A stretch of DNA of 64,000 nt, from positions 704,001 through 768,000 of the forward strand of contig OY970343.1 of assembly GCA_963717525.1 (NCBI GenBank), written 5' to 3'. The stretch is from an uncultured Methanoregulaceae archaeon (GTDB lineage: Archaea > Halobacteriota > Methanomicrobia > Methanomicrobiales > Methanospirillaceae). Position numbers and translations under genes: made by a program. Under the pieces are notes generated by a model. It was not told the origin of the DNA and did no database searches. It was given only the letters and a program-made list of their open reading frames with translations. Shown here one piece after another: positions 52,673-62,845 of the stretch (position 1 is its first letter; each line of letters begins with the position of its first letter).

Positions 52673-53605
52673 CTACCAGCCCTCCTTGCCAGATAAAGAC
52701 GCATCGTTATCAGGTTCTGGTTCCTGTGTCAGTCTTTCCTCGGGCCTGATACATGCCCAGACAAGAGTCATGTCATCGCCGCTTGCAATTTCAGAAAAGC
52801 GATCGAGCCACCCTCCTATTGCCGCAGCCACAGCCTCGGTTCCATAGGTGCGGATCCTATCGGCAAGGCTGTGGACAAAGACAGAAAACTCCTCGCTTTC
52901 GGAACCTGCAAACGAATCCGATATGCCGTCGGTTGCACCGAGCAGGATGCCACCCTCGCCACGGTCGATTGTCGCTGTCCGCCAGAGCAGGTGGGCATCG
53001 GCAGACGAAAGTGAATGCGTCTCGTTTCCTGCAAGGACCGGGTCCCGGGGGAGGGGGAATTCGATAGTGCCGCCGGGCCTGACCAGAAGAAGGTCTCCAT
53101 CGCCGATCTGGGCAAGAAGGATAGTGTCACCGACCACGAGCGCGGCTAAAAGCGTTGTCCCATACCGGGTGAAGATCTGCTCTGTCGGCCCATGTGCCTG
53201 AGAAGTCCGAGGGGAAGGAAGTATCTGCCTATCGGTGTCCTGCCCGACCAGTTCCCGCCAGCGCCGGGTGGCAAGCCGGGGAAAATCGGTCTTGAAACTG
53301 GCGCGGAACTGCTGGTGGGGAATATTTCCATCTGCATAGGAGCGGTGGAACGTGACCAGCTCCCCGATGGCAGCCTCCACGGCAAGGATAGATCCGGTCC
53401 TGCTCAGATCGTGACGGGGATCGCCATGGCCGTCTGCAACAGCAAACGCAATGCAGGGCTGTGCCCCGGCTGAACCGCTCCATATGGCGTAGGCGTCTTC
53501 GCAGGGCCGGCGAGCCCGCAGGTGGGAAGCCCCGGTCCGGCTGCACCCGAATACCCATCCAAGGCCGGTGTCGCAGGTGCAGGAGAACTCTTCCGGCGAC
53601 GGCAT
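52673..53605 (-). CDS. PP2C-like protein phosphatase (PP2C_2 type)
   Basis: GASH...CEDA, AVADGHG, YGTTL, QIGDG, ATDG and DDMT. Confidence 0.9.
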   Translation of the reverse strand: MPSPEEFSCTCDTGLGWVFGCSRTGASHLRARRPCEDAYAIWSGSAGAQPCIAFAVADGHGDPRHDLSRTGSILAVEAAIGELVTFHRSYADGNIPHQQFRASFKTDFPRLATRRWRELVGQDTDRQILPSPRTSQAHGPTEQIFTRYGTTLLAALVVGDTILLAQIGDGDLLLVRPGGTIEFPLPRDPVLAGNETHSLSSADAHLLWRTATIDRGEGGILLGATDGISDSFAGSESEEFSVFVHSLADRIRTYGTEAVAAAIGGWLDRFSEIASGDDMTLVWACIRPEERLTQEPEPDNDASLSGKEGW

Positions 53606-53612
53606 AATAATG

Positions 53613-54365
53613 CTAGAACAGATCGGTATTTGACGTAATCATCTGTGGCGGGGAATCGAGGGCGACGTTCGATACATCGTCACCGGGAGGTGCGCCCCGG
53701 CTCCGGCCCCGGGAGGATGCGACTGATGCGCTGACCGAGGCCCATTTGATATATGCGACCAGTTCCTCGGGAGAATGCGCCCTGAGGAGGCCGACAGATT
53801 CCTGGTTGGTGAACTTGAGCAGTTCGGGTGCATTATAATCCGATTCGTCACCGATGGCGATGGCAAGCCTGACCGCCTTGATGCCCCAAGGGATCTTTCC
53901 GAGCTCTGCAATGGCGGCGTCGTACTCTTCGCGGGGATCGGTGCAGAACCCATCCGATATGAGGATGCAGACCGGCGGGAGTCCCCGGCGGGGCATGCGC
54001 TCGATGGAAAGTTCACCGGCAAGGAGCCGGAGGGCTTTTGCGGTTGCAGTCAGGCCGCTGGTCTCCAGTTCCGGCCAGACAAATTCGTTTAAGGGAACCG
54101 GGTCAGGACCGACAAGCCATGATGCATTGTTGGAGAATTTTATCGCCCTCATCCGGATATCGACCTGCGGGTATCCAGCGACTGCCTTCTGGACCTCGGG
54201 CAGTGCCTCGCGGATGGCCTGGTTGAGTGTTGCAATCTTCTTTCCCCGCATCGAGTCAGAGCAGTCGGCCAGCCAGAAGAAATGCAATTGTTTGCGTGCC
54301 ACCTGTCCGTCAGGGATCGGAATTGCATCTTCGATAAAAACTCCCCCGTTATCTCTTAAGTACAC
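53613..54365 (-). CDS. terY: TerY-like vWA domain protein
   Basis: MIDAS motif LADCSDSM, GKKIATLNQAI, SGLT, PVCILISDG and RLAIAIG. Start codon uncertain. Confidence 0.85.
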   Translation of the reverse strand: MYLRDNGGVFIEDAIPIPDGQVARKQLHFFWLADCSDSMRGKKIATLNQAIREALPEVQKAVAGYPQVDIRMRAIKFSNNASWLVGPDPVPLNEFVWPELETSGLTATAKALRLLAGELSIERMPRRGLPPVCILISDGFCTDPREEYDAAIAELGKIPWGIKAVRLAIAIGDESDYNAPELLKFTNQESVGLLRAHSPEELVAYIKWASVSASVASSRGRSRGAPPGDDVSNVALDSPPQMITSNTDLF

Positions 54366-54465
54366 AATCTATCTGTCTACAATATAAGATCACCGTTTGA
54401 ACGGCCGGAGCAGCGGGATACGGCCAATTTGGCCTTTTAATAGTGAAAAAAGAAAGATGTATGAG

Positions 54466-54711
54466 TTACTGCTGCGCCGGAGCAGCGCTCTTGATCATCG
54501 CCTTTACCGGTTCGGGCAGGCCAAGTCCATCGACAACCGAGGGAAGAATGCTCATGATCGCCTGCTGGCCCTGGGGGGTTGCTGCAAAGTCCTTGAGCAG
54601 TGACATTCCATCCGGTGTTGCGAGGAAGTTCTTCACTGCAGTCTGCCCTTCAGATGTGGAGATAAAACCGGCAATCGATCCGCCGAGGCCTTCAAGATTT
54701 CCAAAGTTCAT
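54466..54711 (-). CDS. Small hypothetical protein (81 aa) with three S/TxEG/DG/QG helical repeats
   Basis: GGAG RBS. Repeats STSEGQTAVKNFL, ATPDGMSLLKDFA and ATPQGQQAIMSIL. Confidence 0.65.
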   Translation of the reverse strand: MNFGNLEGLGGSIAGFISTSEGQTAVKNFLATPDGMSLLKDFAATPQGQQAIMSILPSVVDGLGLPEPVKAMIKSAAPAQQ

Positions 54712-54903
54712 TTTAATACACTCCTTGTAATGTTTTCTCTACATTTTGGCGATATTTGTTCTTAAACATGTGGCCGGGATAGCGTCAGGAGGTAGTTGTT
54801 TTTTTCGGAAAAAATCCGGGAAGGAAAAGCGATCCCCTATTTACGAGTCCTGATATCACGACCGAATGCCTAACTCATGATGTATCGGTCCGGAAAATGA
54901 TGA

Positions 54904-55190
54904 GGGGGGCTTCGCTCTCGTACCCCCTTTGCGATGCCACCCACTGGCCCCGAAGGGGGCACCCGTAGGGGATCAGTAAATGATCAACTAGCCCAACCCG
55001 CCGAAACAGAGCGATTCCCGACGCGCAAAACGCCTCGTCGGGTTTTGCGCTATGCACTTACCGTGATCTTGATGTGAGGTCGGATTTGGCGGATGGGGTG
55101 GTGAAGCAAAGGAGCAGGGGCCCGGGCACACACTTGCCCAGCGAGGCCCCGATGAAGAGGCCGAGCGACTCCGAGCGCTAGCGAGGAGGG
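54904..55190. repeat. Highly structured GC-rich intergenic element (REP/REPIN-like, or ncRNA candidate)
   Basis: Hairpins GCGCAAAAC-N10-GTTTTGCGC, CCC-CGAA-GGG, CCC-GTA-GGG and GGGGCC-cGGGCA..TGCCC..GGCCCC. Inverted pair at 54926-54942 and 55096-55112. Confidence 0.55.
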
Positions 55191-55344
55191 GAAGAATCGT
55201 AATGATCGAACACCTGTCCTGACGGTGGGATCCTGTCATATCTTCGGTGTAAATCCAGTTTCTTTTAAGTGAAAAGTTCACTACTCCCCGTTATCATAGC
55301 AGAACCAAAAAAGAGCAATATCCCTGTAGCCTTCAGGGAGATCC

Positions 55345-56727
55345 TTATAATTTCTTGAGGGCCTGCACGACTTTCCCGACCGTCTCCTGCGCATCGCCGT
55401 AGAGCATCCGTGTGTTATCACGGTAGAACAGGTCGTTTTCGATCCCTGCAAAGCCCCTGCCCTGCCCGCGTTTGAGGACGATGACGTTTTTGGCCTGCTC
55501 AACGTCGAGAATGGGCATCCCGTAGAGCGGGCTTCCCTGCCGGTGCGCGGCCGGGTTGACCGTGTCATTTGCTCCGATGACAAGCACGACATCGGTGCCG
55601 GCAAATTCCGGGTTGATCTCGTCCCGGTCAAAGAGGCGGTCGTAAGGAACTCCCGCCTCGGCGAGGAGCACGTTCATGTGCCCGGGCATCCGCCCGGCGA
55701 CCGGGTGGATCGCAAACTTCACTGGAACGTTCCTGCTTTCGAGCATGTCGGTAAGCTCCTTGACCTTCTGCTGGGCTTGGGCGACTGCCATGCCGTAGCC
55801 GGGAGCGACAATTACCTTGTTGGCGTAGGCAAGCATCACCGCGACGTCATCTGCCTCGACCGGCTTCATGCTGCCCTGGATCTGCAGGCCGGCCTCCTCG
55901 GTCGCGCCAAACGCGCCGAAGAAAACGTTGGTGATCGAGCGGTTCATTGCCTTTGCCATCTGGAGTGTCAGGAGAGAACCCGCCGCGCCGACGATTATAC
56001 CTGCGATGACCATGGCGTAGTTGGGGGTTGCAAAAGAGAACCCGTCGAGTGCGACCGCAAGGCCGGTAAAGGCGTTGTACATCGAGATGACGACCGGCAT
56101 GTCGGCCCCGCCGATCGGCAGGGTCATGAGGACCCCGAAGACGAGCGAGAGGACAAAGAAGAGCGGGAGATACATGGCGACGTTAAGCGGGATCCACGCC
56201 GGGTTCAGGATAATACATGCTCCTGAAAGGATGGCGAGGACGAGAACTGCCGTATTAACGACCTGCTGGCCGGTGAAGGCAATCGGCCGCGGCCGCATCC
56301 AGCCCTGTAACTTTAAGAATGCTATAATACTGCCCGAAAATGAGATAGCGCCAATGATGCCGCCGATCACGGCAAGGGAACTCGTGGCGTTAATGGTACC
56401 AAGGAGTTCGACCGCGGAGATCCCTGCCGCAGCCCCGCCGCCCATGCCGTTAAAGAGCGCGACCATCTGGGGCATACCGGTCATCGCGACACGTTTTGCC
56501 GCGATGTAGCCAAAACCCCCTCCGATGACGATCCCGATTGCCATCAGCACGAAGTTGGTGAGGTCCGGGGTCAGGAAGGTAACAAGCGTCGCGATCAGCA
56601 TCGCGGCGCCGGCCCAGACAATCCCGCTGCGGGCCGTAAGGGGATGGCTCATCCGGTGCATGCCGATGATGAAGAAGAAGATGGTTGCAATATACACCGG
56701 GTTGATGATCCAGGAAAGATAGGTCAT
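55345..56727 (-). CDS. pntB: NAD(P) transhydrogenase subunit beta
   Basis: MPQMVALFNGMGG, IGGADMPVVIS, PGYGMAVAQAQ, HPVAGRMPGHMNVLLAEA and GANDTVNP. Confidence 0.97.
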   Translation of the reverse strand: MTYLSWIINPVYIATIFFFIIGMHRMSHPLTARSGIVWAGAAMLIATLVTFLTPDLTNFVLMAIGIVIGGGFGYIAAKRVAMTGMPQMVALFNGMGGGAAAGISAVELLGTINATSSLAVIGGIIGAISFSGSIIAFLKLQGWMRPRPIAFTGQQVVNTAVLVLAILSGACIILNPAWIPLNVAMYLPLFFVLSLVFGVLMTLPIGGADMPVVISMYNAFTGLAVALDGFSFATPNYAMVIAGIIVGAAGSLLTLQMAKAMNRSITNVFFGAFGATEEAGLQIQGSMKPVEADDVAVMLAYANKVIVAPGYGMAVAQAQQKVKELTDMLESRNVPVKFAIHPVAGRMPGHMNVLLAEAGVPYDRLFDRDEINPEFAGTDVVLVIGANDTVNPAAHRQGSPLYGMPILDVEQAKNVIVLKRGQGRGFAGIENDLFYRDNTRMLYGDAQETVGKVVQALKKL

Positions 56728-57041
56728 TTCAGGCCTCCCTCTTTTTGCTTCTTTCCGCTGCGGTTAAACATCTGGAGGATCCGTTCGGTTACGACATAGC
56801 CGCCGGTAACGTTTGCCGCCCCGAGAACGACTGCGATAAAGCCGATGGCCTGTTCGAGCGGCGTCGTGGCAAGGCCAAGTGCAACCAGTGCGCCGACAAG
56901 CACGATCCCGTGGATGAAATTGGACCCGCTCATCAGGGGCGTGTGGAGGATGACCGGGACCCGGCTGATTACAACATAGCCGGTGAACGCGGCGAGCATT
57001 GCGATATAGACCGCCGTCCAGAGCAGGGTGGTATCGATCAT
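56724..57041 (-). CDS. pntA: NAD(P) transhydrogenase subunit alpha part 2 (membrane)
   Basis: LHTPLMSGSNFIHG and GGYVVTERILQMF. Confidence 0.95.
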   Translation of the reverse strand: MIDTTLLWTAVYIAMLAAFTGYVVISRVPVILHTPLMSGSNFIHGIVLVGALVALGLATTPLEQAIGFIAVVLGAANVTGGYVVTERILQMFNRSGKKQKEGGLK

Positions 57042-58186
57042 ACTTTCGATCCCTCCAGAAGATCAAGCGTCGGCTGGTGGCGCACCGTGCCTGCATGGAC
57101 AAGGAGGCTTGCGGTCAAAATCTCGTCCGTGAACCCGGTCACGAGCGCCCCGTTCTTATCGATGAGGAGCGAGAGGAACGACAGAAGGTTCTTTGCGTAC
57201 ATCTGGCTTGCGTGGAACGGTACCCGGGCCGGGAGGTTCTGCGGGCCGATGATCATGACACCATGCTCCCTGACGGTTTTTCCGGCTTGGGTCAGCTCGC
57301 AGTTTCCGCCGGTCTCGGCTGCCATATCGATGATGACGGCGCCCGGCTGCATCTTTGCGACGGTTTCTTTGGTGATAAGGACCGGGGCTTTGCGGCCCGG
57401 GATGGCAGCGGTCGTGATGACAATATCCGCCCGGGCGACCGCGGCAGAGACCATCTCCTGCTCCTTGACCTTCTCCTCGGCCGTGAGCTCGCGGGCATAG
57501 CCGCCTTGGCCTTCGGCATTGATCTCGAGTTCGAGGAACTTTGCGCCAAGGCTCCTCACCTGCTCGCCCGCGGCCCTCCTGACATCGTAGGCCTCGACAA
57601 GGGCGCCGAGCCTTTTTGCCGTGGCAATTGCCATGAGGCCGGCGATACCTGCGCCCAGAACCAGCACGGTGGAGGGTCTGATGGTACCCGCGGCGGTTGT
57701 CAGCATCGGGAGGAATTTCGGGCAGTTCTGGGCACCCAGGATGACCGCGACATACCCGCCCGCCGTAGCCTGCGAGCTGAGCGCATCCATACTCTGGGCG
57801 CGGGAGATGCGTGGGACCAGTTCGAGAGAAAAGGCGGTGATCTTCCGGTCGCGCATTCTTTTGATCGCTTCAAGGTTATTCGCTGCGTTCATGAACCCGA
57901 TAACGATCGTGCCCTCCGCGAGCTGGTCGATGTCGGTGACCGTCGGCGGCTGGACACGCAGCACGATCCGGGCGCCGTCCAGCAAACCGGCCCGTTCGGA
58001 CACGATCTTCGCACCAGCGGCCGCAAACATGGTGTCAGGGTAGTAAGATCCCGCCCCCGCATCATGCTCGACCCGTACCTCGCAGCCTGATTTAATAAGA
58101 TTCCGGACTACTTCCGGTACGGTCGCCACCCGCTGTTCTCCGGGCGCGAGTTCCTTTGGGACAGCAATCACGAGGGGGGACGTCAT
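57038..58186 (-). CDS. pntA: NAD(P) transhydrogenase subunit alpha part 1 (dI)
   Basis: PRISRAQSMDALSSQ, GAGIAGL, GGYARE, TTAAIPGRKAP and GGNCELT. Confidence 0.96.
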   Translation of the reverse strand: MTSPLVIAVPKELAPGEQRVATVPEVVRNLIKSGCEVRVEHDAGAGSYYPDTMFAAAGAKIVSERAGLLDGARIVLRVQPPTVTDIDQLAEGTIVIGFMNAANNLEAIKRMRDRKITAFSLELVPRISRAQSMDALSSQATAGGYVAVILGAQNCPKFLPMLTTAAGTIRPSTVLVLGAGIAGLMAIATAKRLGALVEAYDVRRAAGEQVRSLGAKFLELEINAEGQGGYARELTAEEKVKEQEMVSAAVARADIVITTAAIPGRKAPVLITKETVAKMQPGAVIIDMAAETGGNCELTQAGKTVREHGVMIIGPQNLPARVPFHASQMYAKNLLSFLSLLIDKNGALVTGFTDEILTASLLVHAGTVRHQPTLDLLEGSKV

Positions 58187-58274
58187 ATTTCCCACCGGGC
58201 CTGTCCAGTCGTATTACAATAAAGCAAGTACTTCACTCCAAGGCTGATCTGCGATTGTATCCTACGAATTGAAC

Positions 58275-59915
58275 TTACAGCTTCTTTATTTTACGCACCC
58301 GGACAGCCACGCCACGCCGGGATCCTTTCATCTCTGTGGCAGGCATCGCCGCCTTTCCCGTGGCCCATGCCTTTGTACCGACGACCAGCACTTCATCCCC
58401 TTCGCGGATGGCGGGATTGGCAGCCACCACGCCCGGGACCAGCACGTCCCCTTCAGGTACAAAGTCGCTGATGGTCACCCGGTAGCGCTCCGGGAGAAGT
58501 TCCCAGCCCTCGAATGTCGGCCGGAGCAGGCCAGTACCGGTGTCAATCGAGAAGAGCTGCTGGTTGTTCTTTGAGTAGAAAAGTTCCGGGAAATGGCCCC
58601 GGGAGAGCATGCCTTTCGTGTCCACATCGCAGCCGAACTGGTACGAGAGCATGCCGTGGAGCCGGTCGTCCTTTACCCGGCGCTCGCAGTCGAGGGCCCG
58701 GCTGAGCTGGGAAAGGGCGACATCCCCGGCCGGGTGCTCGCGGCAGGAATGCTCAAGCGTGATGCCGCAGTTCGCTGCCGCCATCTCCGCAACCCTGAGC
58801 GCACCACCTCCAAGATGGGCGATCACCCGTTCATATTTATGGAGCAAGAGGTAGCGGGCGAGAATATCCGAGATATACGTGCATTCCTCCGCGTCCCAGT
58901 AGCCGGTGACCGGGACATCGTAATGCATCGCCGGGTACACGCATTCGAGTTCGCGGGGCACAAGGCCGAGCGGCGAGGTGATGATCAGTTCGTGTGCCCG
59001 TCCGGCGATTGCGTGCTGGAACCGCCGGTGGCTCTGTGAGAGCGAGTAGGGTTTTTTTGCCGAGCAGGGCAGGAGGACAGCAACCGTCGCTTTCGGCGGC
59101 AGGTACCGGGTTAGAAGCCGCTCTGCAAACCTCCTGACCTCGGCCCGCTGCATCGACTCCCCCGAATTCGCCCTCATCACGCCGCTGCGGGCGATGGGTG
59201 AATACAGTTCCGAGCATGCGTAATCCGTATCGAGATGGCGCATGATGGCAACATGGTTCGCGTTCATCCGGCACCGGGCTTCCACGAGTTCGCGTAGTTT
59301 TGCCTGCCCGATAAAATACCGGACGAGCCCGACCTCATGATCCAGCGCAAGCCTGTTGTGCAGTTTCAGGTCCCCGTTCCGGCAGCCTTCACAGCCGCAG
59401 ATACCGCCCTTTTGTGCGTCGGCCGGGAATTTGCCTTCGGGAGTACAGAACATCCCCTGCGCGGATATGAGATCAACGCCGGTGTAATCGAAGAGACCAA
59501 AGCCCGTGTAGCAGAGGATGTGGACATCCGAGGGCAGGGCTGCGGCCGGCGCATACCAGAGTGTATCAGGAGGTGTCTTTTCTTTGAGGGCTTTGAGCCA
59601 CGCGACATACTGCCGGGGGTTTGCAAGTGCTGTGTGCCAGTTTGCAACCATCACCACGTCCCCGCTTACGGCACGATCCTCAAGCGCCGGGTGGATGGTT
59701 ACCGGCTGGCCGGCTCCCATAGGCACGAATGTCTTTGCAAATGCCGCCGGCGCAGAGAGCGGAACGTTGGTGCCGCCCCGCGCTGCAAGCGAAGGGAATA
59801 GTACCTCCATATCAATCACGGCAGGGAATGGCACCTGCGGCCCTTTTAACCCGTCGCCGCTCATGACACCGGCCCGGGCAAGACCGTCCCGCTTTTTGAT
59901 ATCGAACCGGATCAT
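58275..59915 (-). CDS. arcS: Archaeosine synthase subunit alpha
   Basis: [37 protein letters not shown] and a C-terminal PUA domain. Confidence 0.93.
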   Translation of the reverse strand: MIRFDIKKRDGLARAGVMSGDGLKGPQVPFPAVIDMEVLFPSLAARGGTNVPLSAPAAFAKTFVPMGAGQPVTIHPALEDRAVSGDVVMVANWHTALANPRQYVAWLKALKEKTPPDTLWYAPAAALPSDVHILCYTGFGLFDYTGVDLISAQGMFCTPEGKFPADAQKGGICGCEGCRNGDLKLHNRLALDHEVGLVRYFIGQAKLRELVEARCRMNANHVAIMRHLDTDYACSELYSPIARSGVMRANSGESMQRAEVRRFAERLLTRYLPPKATVAVLLPCSAKKPYSLSQSHRRFQHAIAGRAHELIITSPLGLVPRELECVYPAMHYDVPVTGYWDAEECTYISDILARYLLLHKYERVIAHLGGGALRVAEMAAANCGITLEHSCREHPAGDVALSQLSRALDCERRVKDDRLHGMLSYQFGCDVDTKGMLSRGHFPELFYSKNNQQLFSIDTGTGLLRPTFEGWELLPERYRVTISDFVPEGDVLVPGVVAANPAIREGDEVLVVGTKAWATGKAAMPATEMKGSRRGVAVRVRKIKKL

Positions 59916-61360
59916 TCGACCAGCTCCGCAGCATCCCCGACTTCTTCACGGAAAATTGTATGCCAGCTGCGGAGACCTGACACAGAGATCCTGCTCTCCT
60001 TATGGCTTTCGGCAAGCATCCGGATGCCCCGGCACCCCTGCCGTACCATCGCCTCGTCCCACGGGGGGATCTCGGTCGGGCCGACAGGAAATGTCTCCTT
60101 TAACTCAACAGGGTAGGGCCCGAAGGGCGGCTTGAAGAAGAGCACGTCATCGAATCCGTCGCGGTGCCCGGCTTCGCAGGCAACCAGCACCTCATTTCCC
60201 AGACGTAGCCGGGCCAGCTGCCGCTGGTACCGGAGGACTTCGGTACGGGCGCAGCTCTCATCGCCCCGGTAGAAGAACCGTCGCTTGGAGGCCCGGTCAA
60301 AGGGTTCGAGTTCTGCGTTGTGCCCGAGCAGTTCCCGGTAACCGGCGAGGAGCAGCGGGTGGTTCCGGCACCGGTCATCGACGAGTTCCCAGAGCGTCCC
60401 GTCTGCCATTGCCTGCCGGATCCGCGCAATCTCGGCGAGAGTGACGGCGAGGTTGTGGAGGGCGAGGAGCCGGGTCCGGTCCTTTGCATTGCGCAGCTCT
60501 TCAGCCGTGTGGCTCCGGCAGACCGCGCAGGCGCAAGGGAGATCGGTGAGTTCGTCGATTTTGAAACTGCCATGTGAGGTGAGGTACCTTCCCTCCTTTG
60601 CATAGAGGGCATACGCGGCAGAATCAAAGAGGTCACAGCCCATCGCGGCGGCAAGCGCAAACATGGCCGGGTGACCCGCCCCGAAGAGGTGGACGCATGC
60701 AGAGCGGGGGATTGTGCGTTTTGCGGCCATAACGACATCCACGAGGTCACGGTACCGGTAGGCCTCCATGAGCGGCACGACCGCACCGATAGGGCAGAAA
60801 GCAAAGCCGAGATCGCCCACTGCTTTTCCTGCCTGTTCGCGGAGGTCCGGGTAGATGCCGCCCTGCACCGGCCCGGCAAGCGGGGCATCGTTCCCGAAGA
60901 GTTCCTTTGCTTCGCGGAGCCTTTCCGTGGTGATGGCAAGTTCCCGTTCAGCAGTTGTGCGGTCCGCATCCGGAGAGGTCGGGATATCGAGCGGTACCCA
61001 GATGTCGCTCCCGATATCCCGCTGGTAGGAGAGGGTCTGCTCGTTTGTCAGGGATACTTCGCCATAGACCGAGAGCTGGAACGACCCTGAATCGGTCATG
61101 ATCAGGCCGTCGAAATCGAGCAGCCGGTGCAACCCCTCTTCCTTCACTCGCTCGCTGTACTGCCTGCTTTGGGAAAATATGTAGGCGTTGGTGATCAACG
61201 CCTCGACCCCCATTGCATGGAGTTCTTTTGGGGTCACAAGCATCAGGTGGGGGTTGATGACCGGCAGCAGCGCTGGTGTCCGGATGATCTTTTTTGAGGC
61301 ACCCAGTTTTCCGGTGCGCCCTGCAATATCGCTGTCCAGACTCTCGAAGGTGATCGCCAT
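59912..61360 (-). CDS. tgtA: Archaeal tRNA-guanine(15) transglycosylase
   Basis: [35 protein letters not shown] and CACAVC. Confidence 0.96.
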   Translation of the reverse strand: MAITFESLDSDIAGRTGKLGASKKIIRTPALLPVINPHLMLVTPKELHAMGVEALITNAYIFSQSRQYSERVKEEGLHRLLDFDGLIMTDSGSFQLSVYGEVSLTNEQTLSYQRDIGSDIWVPLDIPTSPDADRTTAERELAITTERLREAKELFGNDAPLAGPVQGGIYPDLREQAGKAVGDLGFAFCPIGAVVPLMEAYRYRDLVDVVMAAKRTIPRSACVHLFGAGHPAMFALAAAMGCDLFDSAAYALYAKEGRYLTSHGSFKIDELTDLPCACAVCRSHTAEELRNAKDRTRLLALHNLAVTLAEIARIRQAMADGTLWELVDDRCRNHPLLLAGYRELLGHNAELEPFDRASKRRFFYRGDESCARTEVLRYQRQLARLRLGNEVLVACEAGHRDGFDDVLFFKPPFGPYPVELKETFPVGPTEIPPWDEAMVRQGCRGIRMLAESHKESRISVSGLRSWHTIFREEVGDAAELVE

Positions 61361-61405
61361 GCCCAAGGGATACTCCTGTTCCTAGATGATTGGCGGTCTC
61401 CTCTG

Positions 61406-61981
61406 TTAAACCGATCCCTTAAATGTACCGGTGAATATCTGGCCTTCGAAGGTGAGGATCTCCACGTTGTTCTTTGTCCAGCAGTTCCGGGGCAGCCCGG
61501 CCTTCTCGCAGGTATGGTCGAGGAAGGTCTTCGCATCCCAACTATACTCGGTTGCAACCTGGGGCAGCAAAAGGCCGCTCGTACCAAAACCCCGGGCGAT
61601 GAGGCCGTGGCGCCCGACCTCGACATGAGTCGGGCGGTCCTGCGGGTCGCATTCAAGGGTTACGGGAACGGTAAGCACGGTCACCTCAAAATCGAGATCC
61701 ACGAGTTCGTTCTTTCCTACACCGGGGAACCGGGGATCTTCGAGGGCCGCCGCAACTGCGGCATCTTCGATGGCATCGCCCAGTGGCATCACCGGGTAAG
61801 GAAAGCCGATGCAGCCCCGGAGCTGGCCTTGTTTTGTCAGGGTTACAAAGACCCCGCGTTTCTCGGAAAAGACCGGGGTCAGGTGGACCATCGGTTTTGG
61901 CTTTTTTACGATTGTGTATTCGATGGCCCCCCGGGCAAGCCGGATGGCGAGGAGACCTTCATCGGGATTCAGGAGCTGCAT
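61406..61981 (-). CDS. AMMECR1 domain protein (TIGR00296)
   Basis: RGVFVTL, LRGCIG, EDPRF, GRHGL and LLLPQVA. Confidence 0.93.
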   Translation of the reverse strand: MQLLNPDEGLLAIRLARGAIEYTIVKKPKPMVHLTPVFSEKRGVFVTLTKQGQLRGCIGFPYPVMPLGDAIEDAAVAAALEDPRFPGVGKNELVDLDFEVTVLTVPVTLECDPQDRPTHVEVGRHGLIARGFGTSGLLLPQVATEYSWDAKTFLDHTCEKAGLPRNCWTKNNVEILTFEGQIFTGTFKGSV

Positions 61982-62108
61982 GACATATACCTCTGTTGTG
62001 ACACTTTCGGCAGGGGTTGTTAAATTAGTTATCCCTCCCCGGGAGAACCCGGTGCATGTATACCGGCCCATCGGTACCATTATTAAGGATCGTTCGCGCA
62101 TATGTTCT

Positions 62109-62462
62109 CGTGAGAGGGAGAGAGCGGCTGACGGTGGCCTTAATACATGGCCGCTGAGGAAAGTCCCCCACCCACCGGGCACGCAGCCATACGCAAGTAT
62201 GGGTGGCGAGAGTCACGGCAATGGCACAGAAACGACACGGCCTGTTCCCAGTTATGATGCGGCTGAGCCCTTTTGGGCGAGAAGTGCGGCTGGTTCCGCG
62301 CGAGTAACCCGCTGAGCGCTTTAACGGAACAGGATACGATGAAACGGCGAATCCCTGCGGGTGCAAGCCAGAACAGGGCAATGGATCGCTCGGTATCCGC
62401 CCGGGTTTGGCGCAGAGCTGAATGCCGCATGAACAGAAGGAGGCTTACTCCTCCCACTCACG
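62109..62462 (+). ncRNA. rnpB: RNase P RNA (archaeal)
   Basis: Conserved GAGGAAAGTCC, ACAGAAA, TGAAAC, GGTGCAAG and AACAGAA-GGAGGCTTA. Terminal P1 pairing CGTGAG.GGGAG / CTCCC.CTCACG. Confidence 0.95.
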
Positions 62463-62694
62463 TTCCTTATCCTGAAATGTCCCGGGCACCTGTCCGGACG
62501 GTTTGTTATTGGTTCCCTAATACAGAACAGTATGCCGGCTGCCCCCGCCCGGTCCGGAAGCCGACCCCCCTTACATGAACAAAAAGCCGGGGTCCCTTCA
62601 TTGGATGATATGAGGAGCTTTGTTTTTTTGAAGTCAGGCTGGCTGATCGTGATGATGGGTACGGAGGCAATCTTTCTGTTGGGAGGGGGCGATC

Positions 62695-62845
62695 ATTTTT
62701 GGAAAGTGCCGTGTCGCGAGCCGGACTTTTCTGAGAATCTTCAGCAGCTCGAGTCGAACATTTTTTGAAATTATCAGCTCGCGATCCGATCATTTTTGAA
62801 AATCTTCTGGCAGCTGAGCAGGATTTTTTCCGGAAATCTTTGGAT
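62695..62845. repeat. Degenerate tandem array of about five ~31-34 bp units, each starting with a T-tract followed by GAAA/GAGAA
   Basis: TTTTTGGAAAG..., TTTTCTGAGAATCTTCAGCAGCTCG..., TTTTTTGAAATTATCAGCTCG..., TTTTTGAAAATCTTCTGGCAGCTG..., TTTTTTCCGGAAATCTT. Confidence 0.5.

Noticed and set aside
55140..55200. Hammerhead ribozyme in the structured element
   Set aside because: CCGATGAAG does not match the CTGATGA core, and no properly placed GAAA and cleavage triplet could be built.
61982..62793. N-terminal extension of AMMECR1 and ORFs over 62025-62793
   Set aside because: They overlap the RNase P RNA and its flanks. The AMMECR1 domain starts at ATG 61981.
62695..62845. Possible CRISPR array
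   Set aside because: The units are degenerate throughout, with no identical repeats separated by unique spacers and no cas genes.
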